This document shows, one piece after another, positions 11,450 through 24,621 of a stretch of DNA of 64,000 nucleotides. Position 1 is the first letter of the stretch, and every line of letters begins with the position of its first letter. The notes under the pieces are model-generated. The model was not told the origin of the DNA. It saw only the letters and a program-made list of their open reading frames with translations, and did not search any database. A program made the translations under genes and the position numbers. Source of the stretch: Mustelus asterias (Eukaryota); the NCBI RefSeq assembly GCF_964213995.1, contig NC_135806.1:42036001-42100000 (forward strand). Direction: 5' to 3'.

Positions 11450-13960
11450 AATAGGTCATTTAAAGGTAAATCAGCGTCAGCAGTGGGAGCCATTTAAGGA
11501 TAAGATAGTGAGGGTTCAGAACATCAACCAACAAAGAAAAGGATAGGGCTCATAAATCTAAAGCACCCTGTAGGATATGGCAAAAAATGAGAAAATTACA
11601 TTAGATATCAAAAGCCTGAAGGACTATAGAAAGTAAGTGAAATTTAAAAGGAAATTAGGAAAGTACAAAGAGGACATGAAAGAATATTGACAAATAAAAT
11701 CAGAGATAGCCCAAAACATTTCTAAAGAGCAGACGATAATCAAGGAAAGTGAGGGCAACTGGAGACCAAAAAAGGTAACACATTTGGAGGTGGAAGATTG
11801 CGGCACGTTTCTTCAAGACTACTTTGCAATTGTTTTCATGAAGGTGCAGACATTGAAATTGAGAAGCAGTATGAAATATTGGATGGGATAAACAGTGCTA
11901 GAGGAAATCTTAAGGGTTTAATATTTGTGAAGGCAGATAAATTACCAAGCCTAGATGAAATGCATTCCAGGCTGCTCAGGGAGGCAAATAGTGGAGGCTC
12001 TCACCATTTTCCAATCCTCTTTGGCTATGGGCTTGGTGCTGGAAGATTGTTCATGTACCATTGTTTAAAAAGGGACAGACTAAACAAAAATAGGCCAATC
12101 AGCCTTCCCCAGTGGTGGGCAAATTATTGGAATAGATTTTGTGGGACAATAAAGCACAGCTTGAATAAGGGCAGGTGCACAGATTTATTGAGAAATAGTC
12201 TAAATTGTAGTAAGCAATGAGGGTGTGGCATTTGGTGTAGTCTACTTAGATTTTATCAAGGCTTTTGACAAGATCCCACATGACAGACTGGTCAGAAAAG
12301 TAAAAGCCCATGGATTTTGAGGGAAAATGCTAAGTTCGATCCATAAATATATTTGTGGCAGGAAGCAATGGGTAATGGTTAATGGGATGTTGGCCGTTAT
12401 TTCAAGGGGTTGGAGTAAAAGAATAAGGAAGTCTTGTTGCAACTGTACAAGGTACTGGTGAGACCATATCTGAAGTACTGTGAGCAGTTTTGGTCCCTTA
12501 TTTAAGGAAATATATTATTTCATTGGAGGCAGTTCAGAGAAGGTTCATTAGGATGATCCCAGTGTGGAGGGATTATCTTATAAGGAAAGGTTAAAAGGGT
12601 TGGAATTCATTGGAATTTAGAAGAATGAGAGGTGAAACAAATAGGATCCTTAAAGCATTTGACAAGGTAAATTCTGAAGGGTGTTTTCCTTCATGGGAGA
12701 GTCTAGGACCAGAGGGTTTAGTCTTGGAATAAAGGGGCACCAATTTAAGATTGAGATGAGGAATTTTTTTCGCTCAAGAGGGTTGTGAGTCTTTGGAATC
12801 CTTGCCACAGAGAGCTGTGGGAGCAGAGTCCTTGTGTGTATTTATGGCTGAGATATATAAATTTTTGATCAGTAAGGGCAACTAGGGTTATGGGGAAAGG
12901 GCAAGAAAGTGGACCTGAGGAATGTTGAATCAGCGATGAATGGTGGAGCAGGCTCGAGGGGCCAAAAAAAACATATTTCCTTTCCTATTTCTTGTGGTCT
13001 TATGGTGACTAGAAGACTGAGTTCTGGAGGGCTTAATGCAGAATCCTTTGCTTTTTGTGGTATATATCAATGATTTAGACTTAAATGTTCGGGGTGGGTT
13101 GAGGTGGCATGGTTTTTTAAAAATGCAAATGATAAAAAATTGGCCATGTAATTTGCAGGAAAGTATAAATAGATTGGTTAGGTGGGCAGACATGTGTAAA
13201 ATGGAGTTCAACCTGGAGAAATGTGAGATATATGAATTTGCGGAGTACAAAGAAAGCAAGGGAATACACAATAAATGGTAGGATACTGAGAAGTATAGAG
13301 GAACAGAGCGATCTTGCTCTGCATGTCCACGGGCCCCTGAAGGTAGCAGGACTGGTTGATCAAGTGGTTAAGAAAGCATACTTTATTCGTGGATGCATGG
13401 AATATAGAGCAGGGAAGTTATGTTAGAACTATAAAATGAGTTGGGCTGCAGCGAGAGTACTGTGTACAGTTCTGGTCACTGCATTCCAGGAAGAATGTGG
13501 TTGCATTAGAGAGGGTACAGAGGAGATGTACAAGGATTTTATCAAGACTGAAAAGGCTGGGCTTGTTTTCTCTGGAACAGAGGAAGCTGAGGGGAAATAT
13601 AATTAAGTATGTAAAATTCTGAGGGACCTGATAAGGTGGATAGTAAGAAGCTATCTTTCTTAGCAGAGAGGTCCACAACCAGGGGGATAGATTTAAAGTA
13701 TTTGGTAGATAGATTAGAGGAAAGATGGGAAATCTTTTCATCCAGAGGATGGTGGGGGTTTGGAACTTATTGACAGAAAAATGGTAGAGACGGAATCCCT
13801 CATCATCTTTCAAAAGTACTTGGATATACACATGAAGTGTCATAACCTATAAAGTTATGGGTCAAGAACAAGAAATTAGGATTAAGCTGTATAGCTAGGT
13901 TTCCCATGGCACATATACATTGGCTCTAATGTCCCCCTTATTTGCTGTAAATTTCTATGA
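11450..13960 (+). mobile_element. Cluster of degraded, nested CR1 LINE fragments
   Basis: RT-type peptides (YLDFIKAFDKIPH, PLLFVVYINDLD, WADMCKMEFNLEKC); a younger CR1 3' piece at ~12410-13005. Confidence 0.85.
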
Positions 13961-15109
13961 CTTTTATTATTGAACAGTAACAAAGCAGACAGATTTATAG
14001 TAATAAGTAGACTTATCCAATTACTCTTCAGCGCCGGAAGCAGACAGTTCAGTGCCCTGTTTACTAGATTGATCCAGTAATTAGGTAACAAATAGAATAC
14101 CTAAATATGATGATATTTTTTGTAGGGTGCTGATATTTTTTGTAGGGTGTTGGTTATGGTTCGGTCGGTCTGAAGAAGTAATGATCATACGTTGGTTAAT
14201 TGAGTATTGACACTTCATATGCATATCCATATTAAATATGATGACTCTTAGAACTATTTACAAATATACAGTAGAGGGTACAAGCTAGGAACTGTCTCCA
14301 TACTTGCTCTTGATGCAAGTCGTGTGCTCTCCTACATCACTACGTGGGCCACGCTATACTCTAGCCCACATTAACGTTATATATGCCAGACCCTTGTGCT
14401 ACAATATTATGATTCTTCCCTTTAAATTGAGACAAAGATTTAACTGTTACAAGACATGGGAATGTCACCCCGTATAATGGAATGCTAATATTGTGGCTGA
14501 GTTAAAGAGCCACAGCAAAATCTGCTCCTAAATCAACTGGGTTCCCAAACCACTACTGACATCCCAACTGCATGCAACTCTGTTAGTCCAACGCCAGCAT
14601 CTCCACATCATGGTAAGATCAGACTCATTGCTTCCCATTGGTGATCAAATCATGGCCTGAGATCCTGGTGTCACATTGACTCAGAGTGGGAACACAACAG
14701 TCAAAAGATTCAGCTGGTCCATGTTCCATCCTGACCAGTGGATGATCCATGCTGAGTGAGTCCACAAGCTTTCGTATATTACAGCAGGTGGTGCTTCTCA
14801 TTAATCCTTTACTGGCCCCACAACACATGTTTCTCAGACATTATTGTTGTGGAAATTTGTCTGTGTAACCACAGGGGCACTATGGAGAATGCCAAGTCAT
14901 TTGATGTGTAAAGACAATCGGCCTTTTAATGAGGAAATCATTATTTTCCCAAACATTGCCCAACTGTTATTCAGGGTGACCACGACACATCCTGCTAGGC
15001 CACATAGACAAACAAAGTCTCTTTTGCAGATGCTAGAAGCAGTTAAGCTGAATTACCAGTTTTTGATGACCTGACTGCTGAGGTGGAAAGTGTATCAGAT
15101 TATTGTATA

Positions 15110-15278
15110 CCAGTCCAAAGATGTGCACGTTAGATGGATTGGCCATGCTCAATTGCCCCTTAGTGTCAGAGGGACTAGCTGTAAAATACGTGGGCTTATG
15201 GGGACAGGTGACGGGTGGGATTGTTGTTGGTGCAGGCTCGATGGGCCACATAGAATCCTTACAGTGCAGAAGGAGGCT
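15110..15278 (+). mobile_element. HE1-like SINE 3' half fragment
   Basis: CAGTCCAAAGATGTG...TTGCCCCTTAGTGTC body; short inverted tail piece at the end. Confidence 0.75.
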
Positions 15279-17339
15279 AAGACAGCCTTTGGTGAATTGC
15301 TTAATGTACAGCAGTCATGTGGGACTAGTTTTTGATGGACGAGTATCTTTTCATGTCTGTCGTTTTTCATATGATCTAATCCTTTATTTCAGTGACTTAA
15401 AATGTGAGAACATCTGGAAATGAACATGGAAGGAAAATTAACTATCATTGTGTGGTCTGATTTGTGTATGGATCATAGCAAGGAACAGATAGTGGGAAAG
15501 GTGAGTTCTATTATGGGGCATTGGGGCCTGGTCCTTAGCTACTGACAGGGTGAACACTGAGCCACAAACCAGACACAATACATTACCTGCACTTATGATA
15601 GTACAAACTGAAGAGCAAGTAAAGACTTCAAGCTTGTCCCAATCAGTTCAGAGTATTAACTTGCTGTCCCACAACCTAGGAATGCTGTATTTTGGAAGAT
15701 ACCCATATCCAGGTAATTCCTTCCCTACTCCTTGAGGCTCCAGAAGAGCTACATTACAATCCAATTTAACCCCAGTACTGGCAATTTTCATCCAGGAACT
15801 TGTCATTTCAGAGACTGTAGTGACCCAACACTCAACACACATTGCCTAAGTTACTTCAGATCATGATAACTCTGTGACAAGTCGTACCATCATGCATCAG
15901 CATAGCTGCCAAAACTCAGGTAAGCCAGCCAATGAATGACAGAACACTGATGTCAAGTGTTTATTCATTTATCAGTTTTTATTCACAATGATACACATTG
16001 CATACCAATAGAAACAGCACTGTTTCAGCCTGCTCCTAAATATATTTATATATACATATGAGCACAAGTGAGTCCTGAATTAATACCCTCTATTTGAATA
16101 CAATTAACACAAAATTAATGTGCAATTAACAGATTCTCTTCTCTTTTTTTAAATAAGCATAGACTTTGTGCTGGATTTTACAGGGTGCCATAGTCCCAGC
16201 TGCCCCTGGATAAAAAGTCAGTGATAAGCCTGCCTCAAGATCCTGTCGGCTGTCACACAACAATTTGACACTGGAAGCAGTATTAATTGCTTTAAGGTGA
16301 GACTTATGCCCCTACCTCTGGAGGAAGTCCAGCCTTAAGAGAGCTGCCAGCACCCAACTCCAGCCAGGAGCAGTGGCCACTGCTAACACTACTGCTAACT
16401 GTGCCTTACAAAGAGGAGCCCAGACTCACAGGTAAACTGGGGATATCATTGGCACCAAGCTAGCAGGCCCCACTGATGGGGTTGAGGGACCGGGTCTGCA
16501 AGGCCATGTAGAATGGTAAAGGAGTAGCTATGAGCTTGTGGGGAGCTGCCTCCGATGGGCCCAGGGGACCCACATAGCCTCTCCCAGCTTTCCTGATAAC
16601 ACCCTGCGCAGCTAAAGCTGCTGGGCTTCCCACATAGTGTAGGCCTCCTCCTTCCATGAATAAAATAATGATGGGGGCTGGATGTGACTCTTGGGTGACC
16701 ATTATTTGGCTCTTTTACTTAATCCATTTGTGTATAAGCTCAATTTGTTAAAACTTTCTACATAAGACAAGCCTCACATCCCAGGAATGTGTTGAGTGAA
16801 CCTTCCCTGAACTGTTTCTAATGCAATTACCAGCTGAACTTCACCGATGCCAGGTGCATTAGACAGGAATAGAAGCGGATGTAAAACCCGCCTCCACCCA
16901 ATGTTCCTGAAAAAATGCGATGTAATGCTGGAGGACTAATTTACACCCTCCCAGCATGAAACACACCTATTGGTTGGGTCGGCGCTGTAGAGGGTGGTGG
17001 GTGGGAGGATGTCAGGCCTCAGGTCCAATGGTCCCCGAGACTTTAGTAACTGCAATTAAATTTCCAGTGGAAAAAAAGATAGGTCCTACATATGGAAACA
17101 AATCTGGTGTTAATACTGTGGCTTTTCGGTTATGAATTGGTTCTGGCTAAAATCTTCACTAACTCAATGTATTTGGATATCGTAGCTCTTAAATATGCCT
17201 TGGAAATCTACAAGTTCTGCCCAGTATCTGCCATTGGTCCAATTAAATTTTGTGGCAGCAGTGTGGAAGTGGGTGGAAAGAGGGGGGATAATGCTGGGGA
17301 GGGGGTTCCCTTTATCTACTTACATCACTGAAGAAAGAA

Positions 17340-17690
17340 AAAATAATGAATAAACATTTCTCCAGCACCTTTCATGACTTTAGGACGTCCCAGAGTGCCT
17401 CACCGCTCTTTGAAATGTGGCCGGCCGCTGCTATAACGTGGAAAATGTGCCGGGAAGCCAATTTGTGCACAACAAGCTCCCATAGACAGCAATGTTGGAT
17501 CTTTTACATCCATCTGAGGGTAGGCGTGGTTTCAGATTAACAGCTCACCTAAACACTGGCACCACAGATAGTTCAGCACTCTCTGCGCTGGGACTGTGAG
17601 CGTATGTGCATAACTCTCTGATGTGGAATTTGAATCTATAAACAACTGTACTCCGGAGAGCTGACTGCTCCAGCATGGTAAACACCCGTG
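17340..17690 (-). mobile_element. Degraded Deu-domain-type SINE (also ~50950-51330 +, 62260-62535 -, 63770-63990 +)
   Basis: Across copies: GGGAGTGCTGCA..GTC, AGGCTGACA, and a 3' end of AAGTAATTCATTGG/TTTGGGACGTCC type. Confidence 0.55.
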
Positions 17691-17971
17691 CCATAAAGGT
17701 GAATGCATCTGGTCTATCTGCTATTGCAGCAGCTTCTGGACTGCTCGGTTGAGGTGGTGCAGCTGGGGCTAGTAGCCATGGTGGGGGCAAAGTGAGGCCG
17801 AGGGTGCTGGGGGCGGCAAACAAAGTGTTGTGGTTCCCTTTGTAGGGGAATCTTTTTTTTTTAACTGCTTTTAATTATGCTGGGAACTGGTCATATTCTA
17901 CACCTACTGGGTCAATCAAAACACCCCAGATGACTAACCTACAGTATCTGTATGCAGGGTCATAATGAAGG

Positions 17972-18318
17972 GGCGGCACGGTAGCACAGTGGTTAGCACT
18001 GCTGCTTCACAGCTCCAGGGACCTGGGTTCGATTCCCGGCTTGGGTCACTGTCTGTGTGGAGTTTGCACATTCTCCTCGTGTCTGCATGGGTTTCCTCCA
18101 GGTGCTCCGGTTTCTTCCCACAGTCCAAAGATGTGCGGGTTAGGTTGATTGGCCATGCTAAAATTGCCCCTTAGTGTCCTGGGATGCGTAGATTAGAGGG
18201 ATTAGTGGGTAAAATATGTAGGGATATGGGGGTAGGGCCTGGGTGGGATTGTGGTCGGTGCAGACTCGATGGGCCGAATGGCCTCTTTCTGTACTGTAGG
18301 GTTTCTATGATTTCTATG
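17972..18318 (+). mobile_element. Full-length, young HE1-like SINE
   Basis: Complete head-body-tail ending TTTCTATGATTTCTATGA; near-identical to 57560-57905. Confidence 0.92.
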
Positions 18319-19089
18319 AAGGCCTGAGTTATGGGGAATCTGACATTCAGAGAGTTCCTACTCTCCACTCAGCTGGCCCCCCTAACTCCCCATATAACTA
18401 GAATGGCAATATGCCAGATGGTCAGGGATTTTCAAAGCCAATATCTTTTGTAAACGTCAATGTTCCCCATGGTTTGTACAGACTGATCTATTTTGTTCGC
18501 ACTTTGGCGGAGATTTGTAAATGAACCAGTTTAGAAAGCTAGCACAATCAAAAGGAAATCTGGCAAAACTCAGAAACACGACAGCAGCAAAATCACAAAT
18601 AAAATAAATGTGCTTGTGCTTCAAGGATCTTTTATCCCGACCTTAGATGACAAATTGATAAAAAAATAATGTCCACTGCCCTTTTTGCCCATCTGACAAG
18701 GGCAAAATCACACAGGCAATGTAAAATCTTTAATGTAAAATCTTGGTCAATAGGCTTTTTAATGGCCTTAATTGGCTCTTTAGTTGTCGGCACGTGCCTG
18801 CTGATCTCAATATTACACACATGTGTGATGACATCGGGAGATGTGCCTGACATCTTGCATAATTTGACATGTTCAGATTGGGTACACACCCATCAGAGCG
18901 CTGTAAAATTCTGGCCTATATCTTCTTTCAAAATAAGGAGACAAATGCACCATACTCCAGATGTTGTCCCACCAATGCCCTGTACAGCTACAGAAAAACT
19001 TCCTCACTTTTCTACAATAGATGCCAACATTCCATTTGCCATCTGAATCACTTGTTGTACCTGCATACTTTTTTTTGTGATTTGTCTAC

Positions 19090-20050
19090 CAGGTGACATC
19101 AGCTCTCGCCAGAACTCGGAGGTGCGGGACCCACTAGCCTCCCCCTCCCACACCCGCCGCCAGGAGTGTTTCACTCCAGTGGGGTTTACAATAGCTCCCC
19201 ATGACTTGGCTGGAGTGAAAGGGGACAATCGAGGCCCCCAGAGAGTCAGGGGTAAGGGGGGTGCCCCCTGGGCATTGCCACCTTGGCAGTGCCAGCCTGG
19301 CCCCCTGGCATTGCCCAAAGCACAAAATAGCAATGCCCAAGGGGGCATCTTGGTGCTGCCCACTGGGCATCAGGCAATGACAAGGGATGGGGCCTAATGT
19401 GGGGCGCAGCCTATTTGGGTGGTCTCTGGAGGGAGATCGGAGGGGGTAGGGCAGTCCCGCTGCCACTCTGCACTGGGAACAGTGACAAAGGGAGGGAGGC
19501 CAATGATCGGGGCTTGCAATCGGGGTGGGGGAGAGAAGCGACCTGCTGAGGGGGTTGGGACTGTGGGGAAGAGGTCAGGACTGCAGTGGGGGGGTGGAGG
19601 ATCTGCCGGTGCAGGGAATCGGGAGATCAGGGCTCCCAAGGGGATAAAGATTGAGGCAGGCTGGGAAGTTGAAGCTTGTTGGACATGTTCGGGGGCCCAA
19701 CAACTGGGCTGTGGGGGAATCGGAGGGGGCCAGCAATGTGGGGTTGCAAGACTGGTCAGCGATTGAGCTGGCTAGCCATCGGAAGGCTGGCAGTGCGGGG
19801 CCACTGCGCATGCGCCGATCTCGGCACTGACAGATCGGCGCATGCACAGTGGCCGCTCAGCGCTATGCTACCAGCCTCTCTAGCGGGAATAGGCCCCATC
19901 CCCGGATTTTTCACAAGATTTACAATAGTCTACTCTGTAGTGCAGAGTGTGGGAGATTCATTTTGAAACTCCCGTTGAAAGAAACAGCGGGATTTACTCC
20001 AGTTTTTACTTGAATTTGACACTTAGAAATTTTTTGGAAGATTCGCCCCC
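19090..20050 (-). mobile_element. GC-rich non-autonomous Harbinger-like element (one end visible)
   Basis: Right end CACTTAGAAATTTTTTGGAAGATTCGCCC is the reverse complement of the left ends at 23073 and 55142; shared internal CCACTGCGCATGC and GGCAGTGCCAGCCTGG blocks. Confidence 0.7.
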
Positions 20051-20761
20051 ATAGTTCTTCAGTTTCTGGAGTGAAACTGTCTTTACTCCTGTCAGGCACT
20101 CCATCTAGTGGTCAGGTAAAATATCAATACATCTGACATTTTCTGTCAAGGTTTGAGAAATGAAAAAATAGGTTAATATTCCAGGTAAAAACCTATTATT
20201 GAAATTATTAACTTGTTTTTCCCCTTTTCAGAAGATGGATGATCTACTGTATATTTCTAGATATTTACCTTTTGCAGTATTTTATAAATCTTAAGGTCTT
20301 TTATTCTGTTTTGTTTTTTTAATGATTTCTATACCTTCCAGACTCTTATGAGCTCAAAGATTACACTGCGTCTAGTGTAGTGTCTTTATTGAACTGAATG
20401 CATCATGGCTGTCCCCAACCATTCCCTCATGTCAGAGGTCACATGACTACAACAAGCCAGATAGAGCATGTAGCAATGATTGCATTTCAAAACCCAAACA
20501 TCCCCCTTTTCATAACAAACAACAGGCAAATATGTATGCACTATAATGTATAACTATGAGTTACCCAAGTTACCCACTACACCACAACTGTTCTCATGCA
20601 CTAACAAGCTGCTGGTTATTCTCATCAGTCACTGTACATGCATTGCATACATAGTCATTAAATCATGCAGGCCTCTGAATGGTACACGTGTGCATTGTCA
20701 TTGGCTGTTCATCTGAGTGATGTTTCTGCTCCAGGGGTGTCATTCCCAAGGCACTTGTTGG

Positions 20762-21480
20762 CCTCTTTTTAGGTCAAACCAAATAAACAAACTCAGATTA
20801 AGTCAGGACAAAGTAAAAGGGGCAGCTCCCCAAAAGGAGGGGGAACGGCCCGAACAAAAATCAAAGTACAAAGGAAACTTGAAAACATCAAATTAAAATG
20901 TGATCATCAGGGTCGATAACGCACCCCAACCCCTGCGGTGCCCAACGGGCACGGAAGGCATCAACCGTGCCCGTGGACACCGTATGCTCCCTCTCCAGGG
21001 ACACCTGGCCGCGGTAGAGGGGCAGACAGTCAGGATGGACGGCCCCCTCGATCGCCCGCTGCCTGGACCGGTAAATGGCACGTTTCGCCAGGCCCAGGAG
21101 CAGGTTCACGAGGAGGTCGCCATCCCTCCCCTCCCCTCTCCGCACCAGGTGTCCGTAGATCAGGAGCGTGGGACTGAAGTGCAAACAAAACATCAATAAA
21201 AGGTTCTTTAGGAAAACAAAAAGGAAGTGCAGCCTAAGACACAAAACATAGACATGGTCCACGGACTCCACAAGGCCGCAGAAAGGGCAGTCTTCGGAGC
21301 CCGTGAACCAGTGAATCCTACGGTTGTGCGGAACTGCTGCATGCATCACCCTCCACCCCAGGTCCCCGACGTAATTGGGGGAGATCCCTCCGTAGAGGGA
21401 CCTCCAGCGGGGACCTCCGCCGCCCGGCGGCAACAAGGCCCACCAAGGTGTATCCGGGCGACAGGCGAGGACGCGGTAGT
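20762..21480 (-). mobile_element. 5'-truncated Tx1/L1-clade LINE with zinc-knuckle C-terminus
   Basis: ORF 20888..21487(-) with CPFCGLVESVDHVYVLC; exact 14-bp TSD AAGGCACTTGTTGG at 20748-20761 and 21481-21494. Confidence 0.9.
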
Positions 21481-24044
21481 AAGGCACTTGTTGGTGCCAT
21501 GGTAACTGTTACTGTTACTCCATTTCCGTTGTTAGGAACCAGTGGGCCACTGGGAATGATGGTTGTTCTGTCCTCTGTGCAACCAGTGAGATCCCATCTT
21601 CCTGATTGGCCACTTGCAATGAAGGAACTGCCTAATTGTTTGTATATCCTTGTGGTTTCATTGGTATATTTGGTAATTGACCTCCAACACATTAAATCAA
21701 GGTGACAACTGCTCTACACATGTCCCAAGTTGCAATGTGGGCCAACTCCTGTTGAGAGCATTGAAGGTTTATACTCTGATTGACTTTCCAATGCTCACAT
21801 CTGGCAATGATTTGGCAATTTTGTCAAAATGAAATGTGGTTTTCTGCCCCTTCACTTTGATATTTTTACTCATGCCTGTTATTACTTCTGGTTTCAGTAG
21901 CTTTTTTGCTGCTGGAAGAATAGTTTGGGTGCAACATGACATTAATCTTTGGACTGGACTACTTTCCATACCTTCACTCAATGTGTTTCTCCATTCAAGG
22001 ATTGCTTTGTGTACATCAATGCCAGGCTTGCTTGAGTTCCTTGATGATTTATTTGACGATTGTTGTGAGGTCTTTTCAGAAACTTCAGGTAATACAAAGA
22101 CTCACGGAGTCAGTGTCTCGGTTAAAGATGTATCTTTATTTAACCAACAATCGATGGGAGAGATTAGCATTGGGCAGTCCAATGCCTTTCTAGAAGAGAA
22201 GGCCTTGAACATTCCAACACCACTCTGAAGTTACAATGTATCAAGACAGATCAATTACACATTTCCCAAATGTTACTTTCCCGCCCATCCAGTAGTTATG
22301 AACCAGTCATCATTAGTACAAATCAATCTATGTGCATAATTAGTGTCTTAATTACCTGATTATTTGAAATTTCTCTAACCTACTATGAATTTCTCCAACA
22401 GCGATTTTCACTGCCACTTCAGCCTTTCCATTTGATTGGCAATAGTGCAAAGTTATGTTTAGTGTTTAATTTTCCAATACTTTGTGAAGCAGCTGGTTTC
22501 TTCATGTGTGGACTGAGGGCCAATGTCACTCATCACAATATCTGAAATGCCACAATGACCGAAGTGTGCTTTCAAGCATTCTACTATCTCTCCTGTCATT
22601 CTTGAGGTCAGCTGGTCTACGTCCCACTAGTCAGTGACAAGATAATCAATTCTTGCTACAGTGAAGAGGTTTGGGATGTCATACGTCACCAACAGTCGTC
22701 TAGTTGTTTAGTTTGGTGCTGGATAAGAGCACTGTACTGGTCAAGGTGGTCTTTAATTTCATTAATCATGTTTGGCCAATAGAGCACTCTTCTTGCCTCC
22801 CTCAGACTCGATTCAATTCCTTGAGGTTTGCATGGATACACTTCAGCATCTCTCTCTCAACTCCTTAGGAATTATGACTCTTTCCTTTGTACAAGATGCC
22901 ATCTTGGGCTGTCAGTTCATCTCGATATGCTCAATATGCTCCTGTGACCACAGCTGTGTTCTTGATGCTTTTGGGTCATTATTTCATCACTACTTCTTGC
23001 AGCAGTTGGAGAGTTGTATCATGTTGGGTAGTTCACTTGATTTGTTCAAGGTGCTTGTCTGTCAGAATCAATGGTTGGGATTCTCCCAAAAAAACCTAAG
23101 TGCCCAACGGGCTGGAAAACGGGAGAATTTCCCACCTGTTTTTTGGGCGTACTTACCTGAATGGATCTCCAACACTCTGTGCATCACAGAGTGTCTCAGA
23201 GGGATTCACTGGAAAGGTGGGGGGAGCTCATCCCACTGGACAGGCCGGAGGAGAGTGCTGAGCGGCCACTGCGCATGCACCAATCTGTCAGTGGGGAGAT
23301 TGGCACATGCACACTGGCCGCCAACTCTCTCTACCACCCCTCCCCAACACCTCCCCCCCCAAACGCCCCACCCCCCCCCCCCCCAGTCTCCAACCTCCTA
23401 ATCACTGGCCTTCACTTTTAAAGATATCGCTGACATGAAAGAGGATAACAATCAAAAAACAAGCTGCAAGTTGTGACATTGGGATTCTTATACATGATAA
23501 TGAGTAAAATATCATGTTAGGGGTTAGATGTTGCTCAGAAATAAACTTCTGTTTATGACGATGTGCTTCTTTGAAAAGCAGATCGAGTGAGCAAAATAAA
23601 TCTTCCCAGGCCCTTCAGGGTGCCCCTTGGGCACTGCCAGGATGCCAGGCTGGCACTGCCCAAGGGGCAACCCCCTTGACACCGACTTCCATAGGGGCCT
23701 CAATGGCCTCTGTTCCCACCAGTGGTGGGAAGCAGTTGTAAACCCCGATGGTGGGACCTTTCCCAGTGAGGTGAGACGCTAGCAGGCCCAGAGAATACTG
23801 TCCTGGGCCCTAATCATATGGAAAATCATATACTAAAAATCATATGCTAAAACAATGGGCCAGAGGGACTCGCAATCGGCCGGACGCCAGTTACAAGTCC
23901 CTCTAAAAGCTGATGTTTCCCGGCCCGCTGCACTATTTGAGCAGTCATGATGTGGAGATGCTGGCGTTGGACTGGGGTAAACACAGTAAGAAGTTTAACA
24001 ATATCAGGTTAAAGTCGAACAGGTTTATTTGGTAGCAAAAGCCA

Positions 24045-24081
24045 CACAAGCTTTCGGAGCTCCAAGCCCCTTCTTCAGGTG
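24045..24081 (-). ncRNA. Minimal hammerhead ribozyme motif with intact core
   Basis: CAC-CTGAAGA-A-GGGGC/TTGGA/GCTCC-GAAA-GC-TT-GTG. Confidence 0.75.
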
Positions 24082-24578
24082 AGTGGGAATTCTGTTCACA
24101 AACAGGACATATAAAAACACAGACTCAATTTACATGAATAATGGTTGGAATGCAAATACTTACAGCTAATCAAGTCTTTAAGATACAAACAACGTGAGTG
24201 GAGAGAGCATCAAGACAGGCTAAAAAGATGTGTATTGTCTCCAGACAAGACAGCCAATGAAACTCTGCAGGTCCAGGCAGGCTGTGGGGGTCACAAATAG
24301 TGTGACATGAACCCAATATCCCGGTTGAGGACGGCCTCAACCGGGATATTGGGTTCATGTCACACTATTTGTAACCCCCACAGCCTGCCTGGACCTGCAG
24401 AGTTTCACTGGCTGTCTTGTCTGGAGACAATACACATCTTTTTAGCCTGTCTTGATGCTCTCTCCACTCACGTTGTTTGTATCTTAAAGACTTGATTAGC
24501 TGTAAGTATTCGCATTCCAACCATTATTCATGTAAATTGAATCCGTGTCTTTATATGCCCTGTTTGTGAACAGAATTC

Positions 24579-24621
24579 CCACTCCTGAAGAAGGGGCTTG
24601 GAGCTCCGAAAGCTTGCGTGG
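24579..24621 (+). ncRNA. Minimal hammerhead ribozyme motif with intact core
   Basis: CCACTC-CTGAAGA-A-GGGGC/TTGGA/GCTCC-GAAA-GC-TT-GCGTGG. Confidence 0.72.

Noticed and set aside
14107-14173. C/D-box snoRNA-like ATGATGA...CTGA...CTGA
   Set aside because: No terminal stem, no recognisable rRNA guide, intergenic location, and the inner CTGA arises at a tandem-duplication junction.
14844-15074. FPNIAQLL peptide suggestive of a hAT transposase C-terminal domain
   Set aside because: The downstream signature (S..ER.FS) is absent; too short to call.
17972-18050. tRNA-like A/B boxes
   Set aside because: These are SINE heads continuing into SINE body and tail; no tRNA gene is supported.
19004-19966. 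CpG-island-like region with many ORFs
   Set aside because: Sequence is shared with the MITEs at 23073 and 55142; no splice or protein evidence.
24170-24495. Duplicated 62-aa ORFs on opposite strands
   Set aside because: A consequence of the palindrome, in a frame that is non-coding for the Penelope ORF.
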